Source: Thermovirgaceae bacterium
GTDB lineage: Bacteria; Synergistota; Synergistia; Synergistales; Thermovirgaceae
Direction of reading: 5' to 3'
NCBI GenBank assembly: GCA_040767805.1
Contig: JAXGNU010000007.1
Location: 17,256 to 81,255 of the forward strand
DNA length: 64,000 nt
Shown: piece by piece, positions 58,055 to 64,000 of the stretch
Layout: every line of letters begins with the position of its first letter
Position numbering within the stretch: position 1 is the first letter of the stretch
Position numbers and translations under genes: made by a program
The notes under the pieces: generated by a model
The model's database searches: none
What the model was told of the DNA's origin: nothing
Seen by the model: only the letters and a program-made list of their open reading frames with translations

Positions 58055-59257
58055 ATGGCCGGCAGCCCGCTCATGAAAAAAGCGGAGATCGAGTTCGATG
58101 TAGTGGTGCTCCTCGTCGCAGCCTTGACGATGCTCTTGACAGGTGCCTTGCTCTTCCCGGTGTCGCTGGGCCTTCTCCCCTACTACGAGAACGGGCTTTA
58201 CGGGCTTTTTCTTTTTATCTTCGCCCTCCAGATGGTCACCCTGGGGCGGACTCCCTTCGGCGACGCCCCCCGGACAAAGGGACTCCTCGCCGTCGGGGTA
58301 GTGGTGGCCTCCCTGGGGATGATCACCTGCTTCATCCCCGAGGTCTTAAGCCGCGTCCCGCAAATCCTCCTGTCCATAAGTTTCGGCCTGGGCGGCATCG
58401 CCCTTCTTCTGCAGATGATCCTTTCCCCGGACAGGCTTCCGACGTGGAGGCGGTACGGGGGGATCTTCCGGCATCTCATAGCGGGCTGCGCTTCGGTTTA
58501 CGCCCTGTCGGCCCTGATAGGGCTCCTGGTGGTGCGGAAGGACCTGCTCTCCACCCCGATGACCGCCGTCGTGGTCCTGGTGATGGGTTTTTCCCTCACC
58601 TACCTCGCCGTCACGTTGCAGAAGATCTATAACACCTACCCCGAATCGGTCCAGGAGCCGAAGGGCGACTTGGACCTGCCCATAGGGAGGGCCATGATCC
58701 TATTGACCGGTGTTTTCATGGTCATCCTCGGCGTGCTCCTCGTGCCGGTGAACCTCGGGAAACTTCCCTTTTCCGGGAGCGCCCAGCTGGGCCTGCTGAT
58801 GGTGATCATGGCCATCCAGATACTCGCCACGGGAGCTACCCCCATAGGCCCCTTCCCCCGGACATGGCTAGTGATCATCATCGGCCTCGTCTTTGTCGCC
58901 CTCGGGGCGACGTCGTGCATCATCCCCTGGATCCTGGTCGCCCCGCTGACGCTCCTCATCGGATGCACGAACATCCTGGGAGGGGTCCTGAAACTCAAGG
59001 AGATCCTGATGCCCATCATCAAGGGTCCCAGGGGGGCCGGGCCCGTCCCCCCGGTCCTGGTCAGGTTGAACCTCGTCCAGGTTGCCATGAACCTGGTGTC
59101 CATCACCTTCGGCGCTTCCATGCTCGTCCACGACCTGCTCCCCGGCATGGTCATCGGCGTCGTCCTTGCCGCCAACGGGGGGCTCCTGCTCTACCTGATG
59201 CGCATAATGTACGAGCTAGACAGGTTACAGAAGGCGAGGTCGCAGCTGGCCTCCTGA
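58055..59257 (+). CDS. polytopic membrane protein of unknown function with two internal repeats
   Basis: About 12 hydrophobic segments, with a repeated G.LL.PV.LG.LP...Q....G.TP.G..PRT...LG...C.IP. Confidence 0.8.
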   Translation: MAGSPLMKKAEIEFDVVVLLVAALTMLLTGALLFPVSLGLLPYYENGLYGLFLFIFALQMVTLGRTPFGDAPRTKGLLAVGVVVASLGMITCFIPEVLSRVPQILLSISFGLGGIALLLQMILSPDRLPTWRRYGGIFRHLIAGCASVYALSALIGLLVVRKDLLSTPMTAVVVLVMGFSLTYLAVTLQKIYNTYPESVQEPKGDLDLPIGRAMILLTGVFMVILGVLLVPVNLGKLPFSGSAQLGLLMVIMAIQILATGATPIGPFPRTWLVIIIGLVFVALGATSCIIPWILVAPLTLLIGCTNILGGVLKLKEILMPIIKGPRGAGPVPPVLVRLNLVQVAMNLVSITFGASMLVHDLLPGMVIGVVLAANGGLLLYLMRIMYELDRLQKARSQLAS

Positions 59258-59312
59258 GGGACTTCGGAGCCGAGAAATGAGAGGCGGGGCGGCTTAGCGA
59301 TAAGGGTTTTCA

Positions 59313-59341
59313 TTGTAACGGTGAAGGTAATGTGTTAGTAT
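59313..59341 (+). promoter_or_regulatory. sigma70-type promoter for the wtp operon
   Basis: TTGTAA-N17-TAGTAT with an extended -10 TG. Confidence 0.55.
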
Positions 59342-59361
59342 CCTTTGTGCCCGGTCGCCGG

Positions 59362-59463
59362 GCGTCCTCCGAGCCGCATCCCCTTATGGGCTTTCGCCCG
59401 TGGGGAGCGGCCGATGGGTTTTCCTGGAAACGGGAGGGCCTCCCGTGTTTGGAAAGGAGGAGC
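59362..59463 (+). ncRNA. Moco RNA motif riboswitch, P3-less (Tuco-type) variant 2
   Basis: CCTCCGAGCC...CTTATGG...GGCCGATGGG...CTGGAAACGG...GCCTCCCGTGTTTGGAAAGGAG. Precedes wtpBCA. Confidence 0.88.
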
Positions 59464-59478
59464 GGTCAGTTGTGATAC

Positions 59479-59517
59479 GAGGCCGCCTCCTGTACCTGGG
59501 GGGCGGTCTTTTTTTTT
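59479..59517 (+). terminator. riboswitch expression-platform terminator
   Basis: GAGGCCGCCTCC-TGTACCT-GGGGGGCGGTCTT followed by T7. Confidence 0.85.
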
Positions 59518-59533
59518 GCCTGGGGGTGTCTTT

Positions 59534-60328
59534 TTGGACCGCAAGTTCAGGGAACGCTGGTTCATGCTCCTCATGGGGTCCTTCCTGGTGGTCTACATCA
59601 TCTGGCCCCTGGCGGGAATGTTCTTCAGGGCCGACTGGAGCATCGTCGCCTCGACCACCCGGGACAAGGTGGTCTTAGGAGCACTCTGGAGGAGCGTCTG
59701 GACCGCCGCGGCCGCCACGGGGGTGATCGCCCTCTTCGGCACCCCCCTCGCCTACTTCCTGGCCAGGCAGGAGTTCAGGGGCAAATCGGTGCTAGAGGCC
59801 GTGATCGACGTCCCCATCATGGTCCCCCATACCGTGGCGGGCATCGCCGTTCTCATGACCTTTTCCCCCAAGGCCCCCCTCGGGGCGATGCTGGTGAGGG
59901 CCGGGTTTTCGCCCGTCAACAGCCACCTGGCCATTATCCTGGCCTGCATGTTCGTATCGATCCCCTTTTACGTCGACGCGGCAAGGGACGCCTTCTACGG
60001 CGTGTCACCCAGGCTGGAGAACGTCTCCCGCACCCTGGGGGCCTCCTTCTTCCACGTGTTTTTTCGCATATCCCTGCCCCTGGCGAAGAGGGGTCTCGTC
60101 TCCGGCCTGATCATGAGCTGGGCCAGGGGGGTGAGCGAGTTCGGCGCCATCGTCATCATGGCCTACCACCCGATGGTGGCCCCCACCCTGATCTACGACC
60201 GGTTCGCCACCTTCGGGCTCAAGTTCTCCACGCCGATCGCGGTGCAGCTCATCCTGGTATGCCTGGGAATGTTCGTCGTACTGAGGGTCCTGGTATCGGG
60301 GAAGCGCAAGGAGGTCATCGGCGATTGA
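59534..60328 (+). CDS. wtpB: tungstate/molybdate ABC permease WtpB
   Basis: D.P..VPHTVAGIA, ENVSRTLGAS, WARG.SEFGA....AYHP. Confidence 0.85.
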   Translation: MDRKFRERWFMLLMGSFLVVYIIWPLAGMFFRADWSIVASTTRDKVVLGALWRSVWTAAAATGVIALFGTPLAYFLARQEFRGKSVLEAVIDVPIMVPHTVAGIAVLMTFSPKAPLGAMLVRAGFSPVNSHLAIILACMFVSIPFYVDAARDAFYGVSPRLENVSRTLGASFFHVFFRISLPLAKRGLVSGLIMSWARGVSEFGAIVIMAYHPMVAPTLIYDRFATFGLKFSTPIAVQLILVCLGMFVVLRVLVSGKRKEVIGD

Positions 60329-61368
60329 TCCGGCTGGCAGGCCTCTCGATCGACCTGGGCGAGTTCGTGCTGGACACCTTCTCCCTCTCGGTGGATGAGG
60401 GGGAGTTCTTCATGGTGGTGGGGCCCAGCGGCGCGGGGAAGACGGTCCTCCTGGAGGCCATAGCCGGTTTGAGGCAGCCCTCGGGCGGCAAGATCCTTGT
60501 CGCGGGCCGGGACGTCACCGACCTGCCGCCGGAGAAGAGGAACGTGGCCCTCGTCTACCAGGATTACGCCCTGTTCCCCCACCTGAGCGTGGAAGAGAAC
60601 ATCCGCTGGGGGTTGAGGTTCGTCCCGAGGCCGGACAGCCCCCACGTGGAAGGTCTCGTGAGGCTGCTGAGGCTCGAACACCTCCTCGAAAGGCAGCCGG
60701 AGACCCTCTCGGGCGGTGAGCAGCAGCGCGTGGCGCTGGCCAGGGCGCTGGCGGTAAAACCCTCGGTCATCCTCCTCGACGAGCCGATATCGGCGCTGGA
60801 CCCGCGCTTCAGGGAGGACCTGCAGGATTACCTTTCCCGGATCAACCGGGAGGGAATGACCATCATGATGGTTACCCACGATTTCAACGAGGTTCTCTCC
60901 CTGGGACACAGGGTCGCCGTGATAGTCGAGGGGTCTCTCCAGCAGGTGGGAGAGGTCAAGACCGTTTTCCGCGAACCCGCCAACAGGCTGGTGGCCGATT
61001 TCGTGGGCATGAAGAACCTCTTCCCGTCGAGCGTCGAGGGGGGGCGGGCCAGGCTGGAGGGAGGTCTTTCCCTCGTCCTGGACGGGCAGAAGGCCGGCGG
61101 CGCGTGCCTCATAGGGATACGCCCCGAGGACGTGATGATCGGCCAGGACCTGGCGGAGGGAACCGAGAACGTCTTCGGCGGCCGCGTGGTGAGCATCGTA
61201 CCCCGGGGCATGGCCTTTGAGGTGGTCTTCGAGATAGGCGGGCTCAGGCTGACGGGCCGGATGCTCTCCTCGGCGCTGGTGAGGGAGGATGTCCGGCCGG
61301 GGGCGGATTGCAGGGTGGGGTTCTACCCTGGCGCGATACACGTGTTCGAAGGGAGTCACAAAATTTAA
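60325..61368 (+). CDS. wtpC: tungstate/molybdate ABC ATPase WtpC
   Basis: GPSGAGKT, LSGGEQQR, LLDEP. TTG start overlaps the wtpB stop. Confidence 0.85.
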   Translation: MIRLAGLSIDLGEFVLDTFSLSVDEGEFFMVVGPSGAGKTVLLEAIAGLRQPSGGKILVAGRDVTDLPPEKRNVALVYQDYALFPHLSVEENIRWGLRFVPRPDSPHVEGLVRLLRLEHLLERQPETLSGGEQQRVALARALAVKPSVILLDEPISALDPRFREDLQDYLSRINREGMTIMMVTHDFNEVLSLGHRVAVIVEGSLQQVGEVKTVFREPANRLVADFVGMKNLFPSSVEGGRARLEGGLSLVLDGQKAGGACLIGIRPEDVMIGQDLAEGTENVFGGRVVSIVPRGMAFEVVFEIGGLRLTGRMLSSALVREDVRPGADCRVGFYPGAIHVFEGSHKI

Positions 61369-61383
61369 CGGAGGTGTTCGGTA

Positions 61384-62337
61384 ATGAGCAGGTTCACAAG
61401 GATCACGGTTCTGGTGATGGCCCTAACCCTGGCCTTCGCAGCGACGGCGGCCATGGCCGACGAGAAGGTCATCGTCTTCCACGCGGGCAGCCTGTCGACA
61501 CCCATGGAGAAGGTCGAGAGGATCTTCGAAGAGGCCCACCCCGGCGTCGACGTCCAGCGCGAGGCCGGCGGGAGCGCGGCCCTGGCCAGGAAGATAATCG
61601 ACCTCGGGGGGGCCTGCGACGTCTTCATGTCGGCCGACTACATGGTCATCGAGGAGATCCTGAGGCCGGCCGAGGCCGACTGGAACATCCTCTTCTCCAG
61701 CAACGCCATCGTACTCATGTACAGCCCCCAGTCCAAGTACAAGGACGAGATCAACCAGGACAACTGGACCGAGGTTCTCATGCGCCCCGATGTCCGCTGG
61801 GGGCACTCCGAGCCTGACCAGGACCCCTGCGGTTATCGCAGCCTCATGGTCCTGCAGCTGGCCGAGACCTTCTACAACGACAAGGACCTCTACGCCAGGG
61901 CGCTGAAGCACCCCGAGAGGGCGGTGCGCCCGAAGGCCATCGACCTCGTGGCCATGGTCCAGAGCGGCGCCATGGACTACGCCTTTGAGTACAAGTCAGT
62001 GGCGATGCAGCACGGCCTCGAGTACCTGGACCTCCCTGACGAGGTCAACCTGAAGAACCCCGACTTCGCCGACCAGTACGCCGCAGCCTCGGTGGAACTG
62101 GCGGGCAGCGAGCCGGGCAAGACCATCCTCGCCAAGGGTGAACCCATCGTCTTCGCGCTGACGATCCCCCGGAACGCGCCCAACCCGAAGCGCGCCCTGG
62201 AACTGGTGGAACTCATCCTCGCCAAGGACGGCGGGCTGAAGATCCTCGAGGAGATGGGGCAGGACACCGTCGGTCCCCGGACCTACACGCCGGGTGAGAA
62301 GATCCCCGCTGAGCTCCAGCCGCTGATGGTGAAATAG
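61384..62337 (+). CDS. wtpA: tungstate-binding protein WtpA
   Basis: FHAGSL, GS...AR, SADY, DPCGYR and YAFEYKSVA (the Asp/Glu ligands of the WtpA class). Confidence 0.9.
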   Translation: MSRFTRITVLVMALTLAFAATAAMADEKVIVFHAGSLSTPMEKVERIFEEAHPGVDVQREAGGSAALARKIIDLGGACDVFMSADYMVIEEILRPAEADWNILFSSNAIVLMYSPQSKYKDEINQDNWTEVLMRPDVRWGHSEPDQDPCGYRSLMVLQLAETFYNDKDLYARALKHPERAVRPKAIDLVAMVQSGAMDYAFEYKSVAMQHGLEYLDLPDEVNLKNPDFADQYAAASVELAGSEPGKTILAKGEPIVFALTIPRNAPNPKRALELVELILAKDGGLKILEEMGQDTVGPRTYTPGEKIPAELQPLMVK

Positions 62338-62350
62338 CACGTCAAGAACA

Positions 62351-62384
62351 AGAAAGGGCCCCGGCTCATGCCGGGGCCCTTTCT
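62351..62384. terminator. bidirectional terminator
   Basis: AGAAAGGGCCCCGGC-TCAT-GCCGGGGCCCTTTCT. Confidence 0.85.
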
Positions 62385-62423
62385 GAATGAAAAACTTGCG
62401 TTCGATGGGAAACTCTCTTACCC

Positions 62424-62633
62424 TCAGTCGATGCCGATCATGACGTTGGTTGCCTTGATGACGGCGTAGACGTCCTTTCCGGGTTTCAACCCCAACTTCT
62501 CGGCCGACTCCTTGGAGATCATGGAGACCACCTCATCGCCACCGGGGAGTTCCACGACGACCTCGGTGTTCACCACGCCGGCCGTAACCTTCTTGACCTT
62601 GCCCTTTAGCGCGTTGCGGGCGCTGAGTTTCAA
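62424..62633 (-). CDS. Mop/molbindin single-TOBE protein
   Basis: KLSARN.LKG.V...S.IS..S...LGL..G..V.A.IKAT. GGAGG SD before TTG. Confidence 0.92.
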   Translation of the reverse strand: MKLSARNALKGKVKKVTAGVVNTEVVVELPGGDEVVSMISKESAEKLGLKPGKDVYAVIKATNVMIGID

Positions 62634-62739
62634 GATACCCACCTCCCGAATTATACCTATAAGGGGTTTATCTTTTGTTCACACCATAATCCTATCACAG
62701 GGTTCCACCGTAATCAAGCCCTTTGCGAAGCGGTCCCGG

Positions 62740-63849
62740 TCACCGCCCCTTCGCCAGGCGCTCCAGGGCCCACGCGGCGGCAAGGCCGGCGGCAAAGCCC
62801 GCCGCCATGTTCAGGTAGACGGAAAATCCCGCGGTGACGGCCACGACGGCCCAATCCCTCGAAGCGCGAACGGACCCCACGAATTTGGCCATTTCGACGC
62901 CGACCATGATCATCATCGCCCCCACGATGGCCATCGGGAAGGATCGGAAGATGGAAGCGATGTGGCCGGCGAGGAAAAGTCCCAGCAATACCTCGAGGAC
63001 CCCCTCCATCACGTTCGCACCCCCGGTACGGGCACCGTAGTAGTACTGGCCCGCCAGGCCGCCTGCGCCATGGCATAGGGGGATGCCGCCCATGAAGGGT
63101 CCCAGGAGGTTCATGAAGCCCATATTGAGCGAAAGCTGCCTGGCGGAAACGAAGCGGTCAGGCCAGTACCGGGTGATCAGGGCCGAAGTGGCGATCACGG
63201 CGTTGGTGGCCGTCAGGGGTACCTGGGAGAACCCGCCGTCCCTCAGGGCAGGCCAGAGCAGTTCCGGGCGGAGCGCCCTCAAGAGCGGCAGGGAGAAGGA
63301 GATTGACTGGATATGAGAGAGGTCGCCCTTCAAGGCCATCATCAGGATCCCCCCGCCGACGAGGACCAGCGAGGCCGGGACGAAGGGGTTGTCCCTTAGG
63401 AGCAGGATGACCAGCAGGGAAAAGGCCGCCAGGACCCAGGCTCCGACGACCATCCTGAATCCCTGGATCGCCAGGAGGAGCCCCAGGGAGAGCTGGATCC
63501 CCCTTATGACGGACTGGGGCGTCCTGGACCCCACCCACGTTATGGCCCCGGAAAAACCCAGCAGCAGCCAGGTGACTCCCATGGCCAGCCCCGAGGCGAA
63601 GATCTTGTCGGGGGTCCAGGCCTGGGCTATGGCCATGACGGCCAGGACTTTCATGGGTTCGATGGGCATCGGGAGCCGATAGACGACGCCGGTGATGATA
63701 TTGGCAAGGCCCAGGAACACCAGCATCCCGGCGGGGTCTACGCCGCAGATGGTGATATAACCGACGGCGAGGGGGAGCAAGGTCCCCAGGTCTCCCAGGG
63801 AGCCCCCAAACTCCCGGAGGCTGAACTCGAAAGAACCGATCTTCGCCAT
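62740..63849 (-). CDS. MOT1-family molybdate (sulfate-like) transporter
   Basis: GSLGDLGT, PMPIEPMK, Q.PLT..NA, CHGAGGLAGQY..GARTG. Confidence 0.9.
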   Translation of the reverse strand: MAKIGSFEFSLREFGGSLGDLGTLLPLAVGYITICGVDPAGMLVFLGLANIITGVVYRLPMPIEPMKVLAVMAIAQAWTPDKIFASGLAMGVTWLLLGFSGAITWVGSRTPQSVIRGIQLSLGLLLAIQGFRMVVGAWVLAAFSLLVILLLRDNPFVPASLVLVGGGILMMALKGDLSHIQSISFSLPLLRALRPELLWPALRDGGFSQVPLTATNAVIATSALITRYWPDRFVSARQLSLNMGFMNLLGPFMGGIPLCHGAGGLAGQYYYGARTGGANVMEGVLEVLLGLFLAGHIASIFRSFPMAIVGAMMIMVGVEMAKFVGSVRASRDWAVVAVTAGFSVYLNMAAGFAAGLAAAWALERLAKGR

Positions 63850-64000
63850 GGCGCCTCCCCCTTGAAGATGTACATCGCATTGTGATTGAAAAACAGGGTG
63901 AGAACAACTCCAACATGCTAAGGGATAGAGTCCGGCAGGGTCAAACGCCCTTTCCAATAGGACGACGTTGAATCGGCCCCGACTCATAAGCATTATTTTT

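Noticed and set aside
62662..62672. Third copy of the GAACAA motif upstream of mop (GTGAACAAAAG, minus strand)
   Set aside because: It is only a single half-site and could be chance or part of the promoter.
1..64000. CRISPR array, rRNA, prophage or retron
   Set aside because: No regularly spaced repeats, rRNA-like sequence, phage structural genes or reverse transcriptase motifs were seen.

Overview
A 64-kb GC-rich bacterial chromosomal segment. Gene content (HydABCSL-type hydrogenase, Mo/W enzymes, frequent GTG/TTG starts) suggests an anaerobe of the Synergistota; this is inference. Three blocks. (1) 1-8.9 kb is housekeeping backbone: degenerate GGDEF protein, PLP aminotransferase, 6S RNA, HAD hydrolase, rarA, DMT, GntR, PduO, PaaI and tRNA-Leu(CAA). 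(2) About 9-31.4 kb is a lower-GC defence island after the tRNA. It holds sbcD, sbcC broken by one in-frame TGA, a DarT1-type DNA ADP-ribosyltransferase with an N-terminal GreA/GreB C-terminal-like domain split by a complete IS21-family element (5-bp CATAA target duplication), its NADAR antitoxin, and a directly abutting intact type 1 BREX operon whose BrxL ends in a MITD1/PLD-like domain. (3) 31.5-64 kb is a Mo/W and redox cluster. It holds two mosaic tsaA-like copies bracketing a riboswitch-led modABC, two Mop-type aldehyde oxidoreductases sharing a 23-bp upstream motif and flanking a probable electron-bifurcating NiFe hydrogenase operon, MCD maturation genes, a second modABC, wtpBCA, Mop and MOT1. 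Two P3-less Moco/Tuco-type riboswitches have clear terminator/antiterminator platforms. The best candidate for an undescribed system is the Gre-CTD-DarT1/NADAR module built into the front of a BREX operon. All calls were made by eye; no database searches were run.
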